Source: Octopus sinensis
Taxonomy: Eukaryota
DNA: 64,000 bases
Assembly: GCF_006345805.1 (NCBI RefSeq)
Contig: NC_043004.1
Location: forward strand, 50,964,001-51,028,000
Direction of reading: 5' to 3'
Below are positions 28,035 to 41,620 of this stretch, in pieces. The notes beneath the pieces are model-generated. The model did not search any database. It was not told the origin of the DNA and was given only the letters and a program-made list of their open reading frames with translations. The stretch's first letter is position 1; the number at the start of each line of letters is the position of its first letter. Made by a program: the position numbers and the translations under genes.

Positions 28035-28245
28035 GTGTGTGCGTGTGTTTGTTCCCCCCCCCCTCCAACATCACTTGACAACCGATGCTGGTGTGTTTAC
28101 GTCTCCGTAACTTAGCGGTTCGGCAAAATAGACCGATTGAATAAGTACTAGGCTTACAAAGAATAAGTCCCGGTGTGGATTTGCTCGACTAAAGGCGGTG
28201 CTCCAGCATGGCCACAGTCAAATGACTGAAACAAGTAAAAGAGTA
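28035..28245 (+). mobile_element. SINE family A, 3' half
   Basis: cttgacaaccgatgctggtgtgtttacg...gactgaaacaagtaaaagag. Confidence 0.8.
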
Positions 28246-28989
28246 AGCATTGAATGATACGAGGGAGTCCAGAGAACCACTAGTTTAAACGTGGTGGTGG
28301 TGGTGCTGGTGTTGTTACGATATTGACGGTGAGGTTTCTAGTCATGGTAGTGGTGGTGGGGAAGCGAGTGCGGTGGTAGCGGTGCTGCTCCTGCTGCTGC
28401 TGATATTGTCATTATAGTGATGGTGGTGTTGGCGGCGACATGGTTGAGATGATGGTGGTGATGTCGATGTAGTAATTGTAGTGGTGGTGGTGACGGTGAC
28501 GACGGTAGCGGTTGGTGATCCAGTGCAGGTGGCGGCGCAGGCGGTGTTGTTAGCTCTGGTATTGATGACGTAAGTGAGGAATGAGGTCAGAGACGATCAC
28601 TCATTGACAGCGTGCTTGACTTAGTTAAGAGCACGTGATCAGGAAATGGAGTGAACCAGCCTGGGGATTCACCTGTGTTGATAGGTGCGTGAGTGGGCAT
28701 AGAAACGTGTGTGTGTGCGTGTGTATAGGTTTTTGTATGTACACATATATACGTGTGTCATGTGTTTCTATGTGTGTGTGAGCGACGGCATGGGTGTGCA
28801 TGTGTGACTGTTTACTCAGTTTCTTTTCATTTTGAATTGGCACCACGCACCACGCACTGCCATGAATCACTACTATGAGCCGTCGAAGGAACGAACATAT
28901 GTGGGCTCTTGAGCTGTTAGAAATAGCAACCAAATCACCCTTAAATCATCACACCCTACTGTTTTCTATTGTTGTTGTTTTTTCTGTTT

Positions 28990-29190
28990 TGCTTATTTCA
29001 GTCATTTGACTGCGGCCATGCTGGAGCACCGCCTTTAGTCGAGCAAATCGACCCCGAGACTTATTCTTTTTGTAAGCCCAGTACTTATTCTATCGGTCTC
29101 TTTTGCCGAACCGCTAAGTGACGGGGACAAACACACCAGCATCGGTTGTCAAGCAATGCTAGAGGGACAAACACAGACACACAAACATAT

Positions 29191-29243
<53 letters not shown>

Positions 29244-29399
29244 CTTCTTTCAGTTTCCGTCTACCAAATCCACTCACAAGGCATTGGTCGGCCGAGGCTA
29301 TAGTCGAAGACACTTGCCCAAGATGCCACGCAGTGGGACTGAACCCGGAACCATGTGGTTCGTTAGCAAGCTACTTACCACACAGCCACTCCTGCGCCT
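28990..29399 (-). mobile_element. SINE family A, full-length
   Basis: Near-identical to the copies at 38240 and 43131; ends cacacagccactcctgcgcc. Confidence 0.88.
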
Positions 29400-29851
29400 A
29401 TAGGGTAAACAATAAAAGAATCACGATTAGAATCCCTTTGATTTTAGGTCTTCCCGATCAGAGTCGACCTGGGGTTAAACAAGACTACCACCACCCATAC
29501 CACCATAGCCATTACAGTCACTTAGAACACTTACAGCTATCACCACCACCACCACCGCTTTGTTTTACTATATCTATTGAAGCTGTTGTTTTTTACGCAC
29601 CATTTGTTTTTTAAACCTAACTGCTATGTGTGTGTGTGTGTAGACAGGTACACATTTGCAGATGTATATGCATATCTATATTATACATATGGTTACAAAA
29701 GACAGTCATTATTATCATTATTATATACAGCTATGTCGTGCGTGTGTATATATATATATATATATATATTTGCAGATATTCCTATAGTGCAAATAGTTAC
29801 AAATAGACACGATTGTCCGTATCGTTGTGTTTGTTCTATACTTTCATAAAC

Positions 29852-30035
29852 CAGTGGTTTTCAACCAGGGTTCCGCCAGTACAGTCCCAGCAAGAAGTTA
29901 CAAAACTGCTAAAATCGGCAGTAATTTTTAAGTCTCCTCTGCTGATATGTGTGCATAAGACTATTAAATTATTGCACAGGGGTTCCTCGAGCCAGTGGAA
30001 TGTTTCCGCCCCAGCAAAAATGTTGAAAAGCACTG
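29852..30035. mobile_element. hAT (Charlie-like) MITE
   Basis: TIRs cagtggttttcaac / gttgaaaagcactg; 8-bp TSD tcataaac / ccataaac. Confidence 0.8.
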
Positions 30036-30068
30036 CCATAAACAAAGACAATCATCAGCATTTACAAG

Positions 30069-30218
30069 CAGGGGCGGACTGAGCCGTCGGTCAATCGGGC
30101 ACTGCTCGAGGGCCTGGAGCTCTGAGGGGCCCGCACTCTACATGTTAATTCTACTAAAACACACATTCAAAGTAAACAGTTATGCCAGAGGGCTCTTAAT
30201 GCTCTCAGTCCGCCCCTG
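30069..30218. mobile_element. hAT-like MITE
   Basis: Perfect 15-bp TIR caggggcggactgag / ctcagtccgcccctg; TSD not clean. Confidence 0.7.
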
Positions 30219-30235
30219 TTTGTTGGTGTACGTAT

Positions 30236-30529
30236 ACTCTTTTACTTGTTTCAGTCATTTGACTGCGGCCATGCTGGAGCACCGCCTTTAATCGAGCAAC
30301 TCGACCCCAGGACTTATTCTATCGGTCTCTTTTGCCGAACCGCTAAGTGATGGGGACAAACACACACACACGCTTCTTTCAGTTTCCGTCTACCAAATCC
30401 ACTCACAAGGCTTTGGTCGGCTCGAGGCTATAGTAGAAGACACTTGCCCAAGGTGCCACACAGTGGGACTAAACCCGGAACCATGTGGTTGGTAAGCAAG
30501 CTACTTACCACACAGCCACTCCTGCGCCT
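30236..30529 (-). mobile_element. SINE family A with internal deletions
   Basis: Matches family A head and tail. Confidence 0.85.
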
Positions 30530-31112
30530 ATATATTATGTTTGTATAATAAAATTATAAACAAGGAAAGAACAGTTCAGATTATGGCATTTATTTATTTA
30601 AACTTAAGGGTAGAATTATTACAGCCGTATAGATTGACTTGACACCAGTCGTTTTCCTGTTTATGCTTTGATTATAATATACATGTGCCTGCTCAACTGA
30701 AATACTGCCTGCAGCCAATCTTCGTTAGGCTGTTAGGACATCCTTGTTTCTTTTTTTTAGTCAATCTGAGCACTAACTCTATGTGCATATTTCCTTACAC
30801 CACCTAACGTAATATTACCTGTAGATTGTATATACATAATTATTTCTGTATATATGTTAGGTGCAATGTCTGTTGTTCCCTGGGTAAGCCAATTTGTGAT
30901 TTGAATTGGTAGAGTATCAAACAAAATGACTTCTGACATTTAAGTGAATCCATTTATGTTCTGGGAGGAGGTGACTCATGATTGTAAGATTGTGGTTTCA
31001 ATTCCTTGACCAGGTGACGCATTGTGTTCCTGAACAAAACACTTCATTTCACGTCTTTTTCGTCTCATTTCACGTCGCTTTTAATGTGGCGTGTATATAT
31101 ATATATATATAT

Positions 31113-31517
31113 GGCACATTAAAAGCACTGATGCTGATGCTACATAGAAAGCACCCTATACACTGCGGAGTGGTTGGCATTAGGAAGGGCATCCAGCCAT
31201 AGAAACCAAACCAAAACAGACAATGGAACCTGGTGCAGACCCTCACTTTACCAACTCCAGTCAAACTATCCAACCCATGAAAAACAGACGTTAAATGATG
31301 ATGATTTTATATATATATATATATCTGTCTGGCACCTGTGTGGGTGGCACGTAAAAAGCACCCACTACACTCATGGAGTGGTTGGCGTTAGGAAGGGCAT
31401 CCAGGCGTAGAAACACTACCAGATCAGACTGGGCCTGATGCAGCCTTCTGGCTTCCCAGACCCCAGTTGAGCCGTCCAACCCATGCCAGCATGAAAGCGG
31501 ATGCTAAATGATGATGA

Positions 31518-31551
<34 letters not shown>

Positions 31552-32660
31552 TACTGTACATCCCTGTCATTACCCACACACTTCACATCATCTTTGCTGC
31601 TAACTTACTGCCCTCCTAACACACACCTATTTCTTCTGCTTTTCCCTTTATCCCTGTCCATCTGCCTCCCATGTACTTACTTATGCCCCATGCCCTCCAT
31701 ACCACTTCTCTTTATATTCACCTACCTCTTACTCTGACACCCTTTCATCATCATCCTTCTTGTCTTCCAGCTGCGGGAACTGATGTCTCCCTATAGTAAA
31801 ACACCTGTTACTGTCCCCTGTGTCATATTTTTTAGCCTCATAATCTGGCATAAAATTGCCCCCCCCTTCAATACTCCGACCAGGAGTTGTCTTGTCTTGC
31901 AAGTTACCTTGTGATCTCACTAGTGTCAGTGCCAGGTAAGAAGCATCCAATACACTCTAATATGGTTGGCATTGAGCTTGTTGCAGTCCTCTTGTTCAAC
32001 AGTTCCTGTAGTACCATGCAATCCATATCAGCACAGAAAAAGGGACATTAAATGATGATATGTATATATATTGTGTACTTGTTTATACTTATTTATTAAT
32101 TTTTGTATATTTTTATTATTTTTTTGAAAAAAACATTGTAAATTTTTTTTTTTTTCCCCTTCCTCAATTTAAAAAAAAAATTTTCTCCTTCCAAATCTTG
32201 AAAATTTGCCTTGCAATGGAAGCCGTTTTATTTCTTTTTTTAATTTTTCATACCCCCATTTTTATTAAAATTTACTTTAATTTAGCATTCTACCTTACTA
32301 TTTTTTCCTCTCCTATATATATATATATATATATGCCAGGACCCCTGGACTGGTGGTACGTAAAAAGCACTATCCAAATCGTGGCTGATGCCAGCGCCGC
32401 CTCGATTGGCTTCCGTGCCGGTGGCACGTAAAATGCACCAATCTGACCGTGGCCGTTGCCAGCCTTGCCTGGCACCTGTGCAGGTGGCACGTAAAAAGCA
32501 CCCACTACACTCACGGAGTGGTTGGCGTTAGGAAGGGCATCCAGCTGTAGAAACACTGCCAGGTAAGACTGGAGCCTGGTGTAGCCTTCTGGCTTCCCAG
32601 ATCCCTGGTTGAACCGTCCGACCCATGCTAGCATGGAAAGCGGACGTTAAACGATGATGA
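31113..32660 (+). mobile_element. Cluster of RTE-LINE 3'-end fragments (31113-31305, 31330-31520, 32345-32660) with (GAT)n tails
   Basis: ggcacgtaaaaagcacccactacactc..ggagtggttggcgttaggaagggcatccag...gaaagcggacgttaaa.gatgatgat is the reverse complement of the RTE 3' end at 44560-44745. Confidence 0.82.
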
Positions 32661-33073
32661 TCATCATCATCATAGCAACTTTTTTGTCTTATAAAGGATA
32701 AATACACAATCTTTCTCTACTGTCCTTACAGCTTCTACTGTGCTCAAAATTTATATTTTTGTTTGCAATATATATATATAGATATATATTGATGTGTAAT
32801 TGTAAGATCCAAGGATCTGGATGTAGGAAGTCTGTGGTAGGTATAAAACAAACAACTGTCAGAAACAATAGCAATTTATTGGCATTAAATGTTGTTTTCC
32901 CATATCAAAGTTCAACAAAATGAAAAAAGTCTTTTTTATAGTTCAATTAGCAATGAGGGTTGTATTGAATGCAAATAAAAATCCAAGCCAAGAGAGTGGA
33001 GCAGGTAAAACTGGTGTTTGTGTGTGAGTGTATATTTCATATATGTATATCTTATTGTTCTCTCTTTTTGCAG

Positions 33074-33256
33074 GAATGCAATGATACCGAGCGTGATGCC
33101 GCTGAAATGTTACTCTCCCTCACTTCGAGAGACAACCGGCTTATGTACCACCACAACCCACCCTGTACACCCCCTGATGTCAGTGGCTCGGTCATTAATC
33201 CAATCAATGGCTCTAATGATATTGTTTATGAGCGTAACTCATCCAGATTGGAGCAG
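33074..33256 (+). CDS. KLF10: KLF10/11-like exon 2 (Sin3-interaction-domain-like helix)
   Basis: Acceptor tctctttttgcag|, donor CAG|gtgaga, 183 nt, phase 0/0. Encodes ECNDTERDAAEMLLSL (AAxxLxxL SID motif of the KLF9/10/11/13 group) and PPCTPP. Confidence 0.85.
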
Positions 33257-33344
33257 GTGAGAAGACATCTTTATTTGTAACTGTATGTTTCTTTGTTTTG
33301 TCTATTTTATAGACACAGGTGTTTATTCATTGTTATTATTATTA

Positions 33345-33900
33345 TTATTGAGTGAGAGAGCAGTGCATGCCATCAAAGTGGCACTGGGGTAAAATATACG
33401 AAGCCCAGTATACCCATCATGACTACCCGTCAATTAAGGGTACACTAGGCACATGCATCACAACCATATGTGCGTGACATGGTGATCTCATATCAAGATA
33501 AGCAGCACATGACCTTGCAGGTGGGGCCCAGTTAGAATTTTCTGCTGGTCAAGTAGTCCATCCCGCTCAAAAGGTCCCTGAATAAAGATTGTTTAAGGAT
33601 GTTGAACGAACCACCCAGGTTTCCAAAGGTGAATTATCCAAACCTCCAAGAAATCCTTTCAACACATGGCTATGATGCTCCCCCACTACTTCTGCTCGTG
33701 GTCAGAGATGCACATATCGTCAGACACTAAGGGACATGCTTAATTGGTTAAGGTCACATGGCTGACAAGCAAATCTGTGGTATTGAGCAGAATATTTGCT
33801 GTAGCCCATCTTTTATACCAAGACAAAACAATGTAGATGATAACACTTCCAATCAGTTAAGATCAAAAGCTATGAGAGCCACTGTCTGGGAGTGCATCAG
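33345..33900. repeat. Interspersed repeat in intron 2 (related fragment at ~42380-42520), followed by (ATT)n/(CAT)n
   Basis: acacatggctatgatgctcccc...gatcagagat.caca...cactaagggacatgct is shared with 42400-42480. Confidence 0.65.
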
Positions 33901-33902
33901 GG

Positions 33903-33933
<31 letters not shown>

Positions 33934-34446
33934 ATTATTATTATTATTATTCATCAGCATCATCAGCAGCAGCATCATCATCATCATCACCATCATCACC
34001 ACCACCATCATCATCATCATCAGCATCATCATCATTATTATTATTATTATTATTATTAAGGTGGCAAGTTGACAGAATTGTGAACATGTCAGGCAAAATG
34101 CTTTGTGGAATTTCGTCTGCCCTTATGTTCTGAGTTCCATCTAGGTCAATTTTGCCTTTCATCCTTTTGGGGTTGATAAGCTAAGGAGGTCGAGTTGTTT
34201 CTACTCCATGAAGACCCCTCATGTTTTGGCAAGGCATTAAATAGCTGTGGGCCCTTGAATCCTAAGCTATTTCAATACATGATCCTCACTTTAATAGACA
34301 AGATAGCTAGAATGTGAATGAGTTTGTGTATGTATATAAATTTATATGTGTGTGTGTGGTGGGGTGTAATAGAAACGTTGATTGAGTATACTCCATCCAG
34401 TGTTCTCCAATAATGACCCTTCACTATATTTATTTTACCATTACAG

Positions 34447-35170
34447 CTTCTCAACGGTGAAAAGGACCCATCCAACAGAATCTCTGTTATAAAACCTCTT
34501 TTTAAGAACAACACCATCTCATCTCTGTATGACACTCAACCATTACCATCATCGGAAGACAGAACAAAATCTGCTGCTATACCAAAATCTGTGATCACTA
34601 GCACAGGCAATGTGAACTATAGAGCTGTCAGTAACTCACTGAACACCTCCTTATCTCCTTCATCTACCCTTCCAGAGGATAGGAGTCGTACTTTTGCCAC
34701 ACTTCAGTCAAACCCTGTAACTCCTCTCAAAAACAATATTCCTATATATGCTTCAGAAGGTGCACCACCCACTGCAGTTCCTTTGCCAGCCCAAGCTGTT
34801 GTAGTTGTACCTGATACAATGTGCAATATACCTTCGGCTGCGACCATTAGTGCTGCTAATACTACGGCTGCAGCTTCTCCTATTCCTGCAAACCAAGCAA
34901 TCTTACTGTACCCTGGAAATTGCTCGCCCCAGTTGGCTATAAACATAGTGTTTCTTCAAGTGAACAAGAATTCCAAGGATTTTCCTGAGAGAACCCTTGC
35001 TGACAGACTGTGCCCAATTGCTCCAGCCCCTGCTCCAGGAGTCCCCAATAAGAACTTTTCCAGCCATTTTTCAGATATTAAGCAGAAAAAACATGTTTGT
35101 CCATATGCCAACTGTGGCAAGTCCTACAAGAAGAGTTCACATCTAAAGACCCACATCAGGAACCACACAG
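34447..35170 (+). CDS. KLF10: KLF10/11-like exon 3 (Pro/Ser-rich region plus zinc finger 1)
   Basis: Acceptor ccattacag|, open frame 34447-35170, LCPIAPAP motif (KLF10/11-like), CPYANCGKSYKKSSHLKTHIRNH, donor ACA G|gtaagt (phase 1). Confidence 0.93.
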
Positions 35171-36129
35171 GTAAGTGGCTTTTACTTGCCAAAAGTAATT
35201 TTCTTCAAATTTGATGGGGTCTTTCTGCTTCTCATTACTATGCCTCCCTCGGTTTTGGCATTCTTTGTCTTGTTTCATGTTACTTGATGACCTCACCTAT
35301 GCCGGTGATACCTAAAAGGCCCTCAGTATATTCTGTAATGGACATCTAGTCATAGATCCTGCCAAAGCAGATATAAGAGCTTGGTGCAGTCCTCTGTTTA
35401 ACTGGTTCCTGTCAAACCATCCAAACTTTGCCAGCATAGAAAATGAATGTGAAATGGTGATGATGATATTTCTGTTTTAAAACTATTCCCTCTACCTTTT
35501 TTAGGGCTAGTATTCAGTTGTTACAAAAGTATAGCAGTACCTAGGGTTTTCTTTAAAAGATAAAAAGGGGAAACACTAGTGTGATGCAGTTGAAGTTTAG
35601 CATATTCTGAAGTTTGTAGAACCTGCCTACTGAAGCATAGAGCCAAAGAGATCTGTGTCTTGAACTTTTGCAGTAGTTGATGACAGAAAAGGCATTGCTT
35701 CCAAGGACAAAAAACAACTACCATACCCAACACTACATACATAACACTTAACTGCTCACAAAAAAATTTTTTTAATCTCAAAGAAACTATTGTCAAAAGT
35801 ACCAAGATATTAGTTACACATTAACACATTCATTGCCATATTCCTCTTGAAATACACTGCCTTTGTTACATTTAATTTTGAAAATAATGAAGAATTTAGT
35901 AAAATAACTTATGAAGCTGGTGATTGAAACTTTGTATGAAATTTTATATGAAATTTTGATAGAAGATTTTAATGTAGATCACTTCAAACTCTTTGGCATT
36001 TACGTTGCTATGTCAAATGTATTGCTTATTTATTTGACAAATAGATTTCATGGCTGTATCCTACACCAGCTTCACACAACCAGCCCCAGCCCATTCAAAG
36101 TACCTTGGATTGCAGAACAACCTGCTGTG

Positions 36130-36552
36130 CTTACCTTGGATCGTAGGGTGACCTGCTGTGCTTGAGGAGACCTATTGAGTCAAGTACATCAACATCAAAA
36201 TAAAAATCAAATGGAAATTGCAGTTGTGATACTCATGCTGGTGGCATGTAAAAAGCACCATCCGAACATGGCCAATGCCAGCACCACCTTGGCTGGCTTC
36301 CGTGCCGGTGGCATGTAAAAAGCACCAACCGATCGTGGCCGTTGCCAGCCTCCTCTGGCCCTTGTGCCAGTGGCATGTAAAAAGCACCCACTACACTCAC
36401 GAAGTGGTTGGCATTAGGAAAGACATCCAGCTGTAGAAACACTGCCAGATCAGACTTGAGCCTGGTGCAGCCTCCTGGCTTCCCAGACCCCGGTCAAACT
36501 GTTCAACTCATGCTAGCACTGAAAATGGATGTTAAATGATGATGATGATGAT
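36130..36552 (+). mobile_element. RTE-LINE 3' UTR fragment in intron 3
   Basis: Same sequence family as 44560-45060 (reverse complement), with a (GAT)n tail. Confidence 0.8.
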
Positions 36553-36699
36553 TTTTAATTAATTGTAAATTATCTTGTAGCTTATAGATTTCAATGATGC
36601 GATTGTTTAATTTTTTTGGAATGACATTATAGGATATGTGTGAGAGACCAAATCTGGCCAGCTTGAACATATAACAGGCAGAATATTTTGGTCAGACAT

Positions 36700-37050
36700 T
36701 CTACTTCACCTTTCATCCTTTTGGGGTTGAAAAAACAAGTTACTAGTCAAACATTGGGGGTTGATGGAACCAACATATCCCCTTTTTGAAATTGCTGGCC
36801 TTGACCAAACCAAAATTTGAATTATTATTATTTAAAGCAGTGAGTTGGCAGAATCATTAACACAGCAGATAATGTGCTTTGTGACATTTCGTCCATCTTC
36901 ACATTCTGAGTTCAAGCACCACTAAGGTCAACTTCGCTTTTCATCCTTTCAGGATCATAAAATAAGTATCATTTGAACACTGGGGTTGATGTTACCGACT
37001 TAACCCCACTCCCAAAATTGATGGCCTTGTGCCAAAATTTGAAACCATTA
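36700..37050 (+). mobile_element. SINE family B copies, CpG-decayed
   Basis: gcagtgagttggcagaatcattaacac...ttctgagttcaa...tttcatcctttc...ggccttgtgccaaaatttgaaa. Confidence 0.7.
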
Positions 37051-37100
37051 TTATTAATAATTGTTATTTACATTTCACTTTTACTTCCTCTCTTCTCCAG

Positions 37101-37336
37101 GTGAAAAACCATTCAAGTGTGACTGGATGAACTGCAAGCAACAGTTTGCACGCTCTGATGAACTGACACGGCACAAAAGGGCACATACAGGTGAAAAGAA
37201 TTTCAAGTGTCACATATGTGGACGTTGCTTTGTGCGATCTGATCACCGTACCAAACATGTGAAGACACATAACAAGCAGAAATCTCAGTCAAGCAACGTC
37301 AGCAGCAACAGTTTCAATACCCCTCACATCTCATAA
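37101..37336 (+). CDS. KLF10: KLF10/11-like exon 4 (zinc fingers 2 and 3, stop)
   Basis: Acceptor tcttctccag|GT completes the HTGEKP linker; [51 protein letters not shown]; TAA at 37334-37336. Total CDS 1200 nt = 399 aa. Confidence 0.95.
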
Positions 37337-38237
37337 AATAATATACATGCATACACGCACACACACAGACATATATATATATATATATATATATAAACAT
37401 AAACTGTCTGATTTAGTCTAAAATGGTAAACCAGAAAGTAATTCAGTGAAACTGATGAAATATAAATATACATGTATACGCATATAGATATGTATATAAA
37501 TGTGTACATCTATATACATGTCATCATTATCATCGTCATCATTGGCTTATATCTGTTTTGCCATACTGGCATAGATTTGACAGGAAGGGTTTGTTCTGGT
37601 ACAGTATCTCTCTACTTATTCGTAGTCTTTCATCATCTGCCATACACAACAACAGAGAAAACCCACCAGTCTATGTTGTTTTGTATGCTAAGTCGGTCGC
37701 CAGTGATGTCACGGCTGGATGCCCTTTGTCTTACCAGATACTTCACAATATGGACTGACGAACTGGCTGTGTTTATAGAGGTTGTCTTCAAAGACTAACG
37801 TGTTTTCTCAATGAAGTTTCAGCTTTTATTCAGTTACTCTTCTCCTAGCCAGGTGACCATCACAACTTTTGAGATCCATGTCTCCTCCATATCTGTTTTT
37901 GTTTTTTGCCTGGATTTTTTTAAACTGCTGGCTGCTTTTTATATCACCAACCATTTTATAGCATTTTACCATGATAACATACACACAGGTATGTGTGTAT
38001 GTATGTACTGGATGCGCCAAAAAAACCTCCCAGATTCACCATTCTTAATCCTTTAGCATTCAGAATATTCTCTCAAATGTATTGCCTATTAATTCACATT
38101 GTTTTGAGTTAATCTTGTAGCTAAGGCATTTTCATGATGTGACTGCATAGTTTTAGAAAGACATTATAGGATAGCTGTGAGAAGTCAGATCTGGGCAGTT
38201 TTAACATAAAACCAGTTGAATAATCAAGCCAGATATC

Positions 38238-38436
38238 TCTTTACTCTTTTACTTGTTTCAGTCATTTGACTGCGGCCATGCTGGAGCACCGCCTTTAGTC
38301 GAGCAAATCGACCCCAGGACTTATTCTTTGTAAGCCCAGTACTTATTCTATCGGTCTCTTTTGCCGAACCGCTAAGTGACGGGGACGTAAACACAGCAGC
38401 ATCGGTTGTCAAGCAATGCTAGGGGGACAAACACGT

Positions 38437-38467
<31 letters not shown>

Positions 38468-38637
38468 CATATATACGACAGGCTTCTTTCAGTTTCCGTC
38501 TACCAAATCCACTCACAAGGCATTGGTCGGCCCGGGGCTATAGCAGAAGACACTTGCCCAAGATGCCACGCAGTGGGACTGAACCCGGAACTATGTGGTT
38601 GGTTAGCAAGCTACTTACCACACAGCCACTCCTGCGC
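38238..38637 (-). mobile_element. SINE family A, young full-length copy
   Basis: Near-identical to 28990-29399. Confidence 0.88.
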
Positions 38638-38677
38638 TGGTGTGAATTCTAAAGGGTTAATATATATTTCAACAGTG

Positions 38678-38827
38678 CATTCAGTGTGACTGGGTGAACT
38701 GCAAGCAACAGTTTGCATGCTCTGATGAACTAACACACTGGATCAATCCATACTGGTAACTGGTGAAAAAAAATTAATCCCATGGCAACACCATTATCAA
38801 ATGCCTAATTTTACTTGTCACATCTGT
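38678..38827 (+). pseudogene. Degenerate duplicate of KLF exon 4 (zinc finger 2 and start of finger 3)
   Basis: cattcagtgtgactgggtgaactgcaagcaacagtttgcatgctctgatgaactaacac matches 37110-37169 (CDWVNCKQQFACSDELT); aattttacttgtcacatctgt matches 37199-37219. Carries indels and a stop. Confidence 0.85.
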
Positions 38828-38900
38828 AACCATTGAAAAAAAGGGAGTTTTTTTTTTTTTTCTGCTTTACCATGTGTGCATGTATATGTATGAATGAATA

Positions 38901-38931
<31 letters not shown>

Positions 38932-40697
38932 TGATCCTGCGATGCTAAGTCCCAAAATAAAGAGTGCTCTTGCAAAGTGAGATATAACCACAAATTTATT
39001 ATTATAATTCAAAAATGTATCGCAATTCTTGGACAGAAATGCAACAACTATGTATTCTCATCAGGCTACAAGTTCTGTCCATGATATGTAACATATTTGT
39101 CCAACAACAACAATAATAATAATAATAATGAATGGTATAAGGAAGTAGTTGGATACTGTACTTTTTTTTTTCCATGTAAAGTACCTAAGTGCTCAATACT
39201 CTTTTATGGACCATCTCCTAAAGAGAATATTTTATATATGTTTAATGCAGATGTTTGTTGAATATTGCAAATTTCTGCACTGGTTGAGGAAGCTACAGCA
39301 ATGCAAAGAAGACAGAAGTGTAAGATCTTCAACATATTTGACCATCCTTAAAATTTGCTGTTTGATGTTAAACCTTCATTTCAAAGTTTGACCTTATTGT
39401 ATCTGTTAAGTGAGGGCATATTGTCCCAAAGTGTAAATTTTTGTCAGTGCAGTTTGGTTTTGGTCTGGTCTGATTTTGGTTACCATACTGCTTTGCTTTT
39501 AAATTTTATTTATTTATATATTTATATTTTTGGTAGTGTGGGAGGCCCAAAATTGACCTGGCATGGCATTTGACTTGTGAAAGAGTAAGCAAATACAGAC
39601 ATTTGAAACTATGATTGACATTATAATAAAGTTTTTCCTCTTTTTTTTTTTTTCTGATGGTCAATAGCCATGTATCCTTTGTTGCAGGCTTACCTGCCCA
39701 TAGAGGTGAGATCAGTGTGGTTGTTGTCCATCTTGAATCTGTATGGTCAGTGTGTGTAGTGAATATTAAAAAAATGAGAGAGAGAGATGTGGACAGCAAA
39801 GGATGAGGTCCTAAGAAATTCCTTATTTGGAAAAAGAAGAACTTGGTGAAATGTTTCATAAAAGATAGTATAGGGTTCTGAGACACAGTACAAATCAGAA
39901 TATGTTGAGCTCTAGTGCTACTTAGCTTACAATTAGTTCAAAGAAGCAGAAACTGTTGTAATAATGTAGTAATAGCAGAAGAAAGAGTGGGAGGAGATAC
40001 AGCATATCTGCTAGCTAGTGGTATCGGTGATTTGGTAAATGCTCATTAACCAATCAGAGTTAATGAGATACAGGTTTAGATTGTCTACATACATAGCAGC
40101 CTCTCCATCTTAGACATCAGGGCATTTGATTCTGCATTTTATTCTTTCAGCTTTCATACCATTTGAGAGCAAGATGTGTTAATAGAATATTAGGTACCAG
40201 TTATATATTTGGACACATTGCTACGTGGTTTGTTCAAATTAAGCAGTTGTTTGATTAACAATGTGTGTGTGTGTACATCCTACTGCTTCTGAAATTTTAA
40301 AGTACACTGGCATGGTTATCATTTTGAAAATTACTGGACCCAATTCTCGGTCTATGCATAGCGTGATGTGGTTCAATAAATGAATACTACAGGTTCCAGG
40401 ACCTGTAATACTGCTACAAAGGCCTTGGGTCAGATGGAGTTTTAGACAGATATTTTAAAACTGAATGCTTTTCCTGTTACCAATCTTCACCTGTGTCTTT
40501 CATGGGAGACTGCAAATAAACAGCACCACTTGTATGACAGTGATGCTCATTTACAACTGTCATATGATGTCAAAACATGAGTGTGCACCTACACACATAT
40601 GCATATATGCATATATATGATTAGCTTCTTTCTTTTTCTATGTTCCAGATGCACTCACGGCTTTGGTCAACCCAGGACTAAAGTACCACACAATGGG

Positions 40698-40732
<35 letters not shown>

Positions 40733-41555
40733 AGTGGCTAAGGTAGTGAGCTCGTAATCATGATATCATAGGTTCAGTTCCTGGACTGGGCAGCATGTGT
40801 TCATTTCATTTCATGTTGTTCAAGTTCCCACAGCCCAACTTAGTGCTAGTACACCTCTCTCTCCTAGTTTTCACATTCTAGATATTCTGCTGGATCAAGA
40901 GCAGGGGAAGTTGAATGGCTGTCTGTGTCTGTTTGCATTAACTTAGGAGCCACCCATAATAATTCACAAAAGTACAGTACGTGTTATCAATTGTTTCTCA
41001 CAAGTGATGGCTGCTGTAGTTTATCTGTTGAGAAGGAACCTGTCTGATTAAAAGACAGTTTGACATATCAGTCCGACCAATTTAGTTTTGTTTTATAGCT
41101 ACAATTACCATGGCCATCTCTACAGAACAAGTAATATTGAGTGAGGTGAATGCATTGTCATTTCATTATTTTGAAAACTCATAAAATTTTGTGTAAATTA
41201 TGTAAAAATTTTGTAAAGTATATACAAATTATGAATGTATGTGTATTATGTATATATATATATATATAAGCATGTGTTGGTGTAATTGTATCATGTATGT
41301 ATATATCTAAATGTCCTTTTAAAGCAACTTTAAAAATAACACACATTTACTGATGGTGAAATGGAAGGACTCTACTGAGAGTACAGTCAAACTTTTTGTA
41401 AAATTCTTGTTGACTAGGACTTAAATATTCACCTGATGGTTTATTCAACCAATGTGAATATGTATATATGAGTGTGTGTATAAAGAAAGAACACAAATGG
41501 GTTGAGGTTCACTACAGCTGTTTCAGACATGTTTTTTTATCTATATATGTATGTA

Positions 41556-41620
<65 letters not shown>

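Noticed and set aside
32969-33073. ORF-track N-terminus MQIKIQ... as KLF coding sequence
   Set aside because: Lies upstream of a strong polypyrimidine/CAG acceptor at 33073; intronic.
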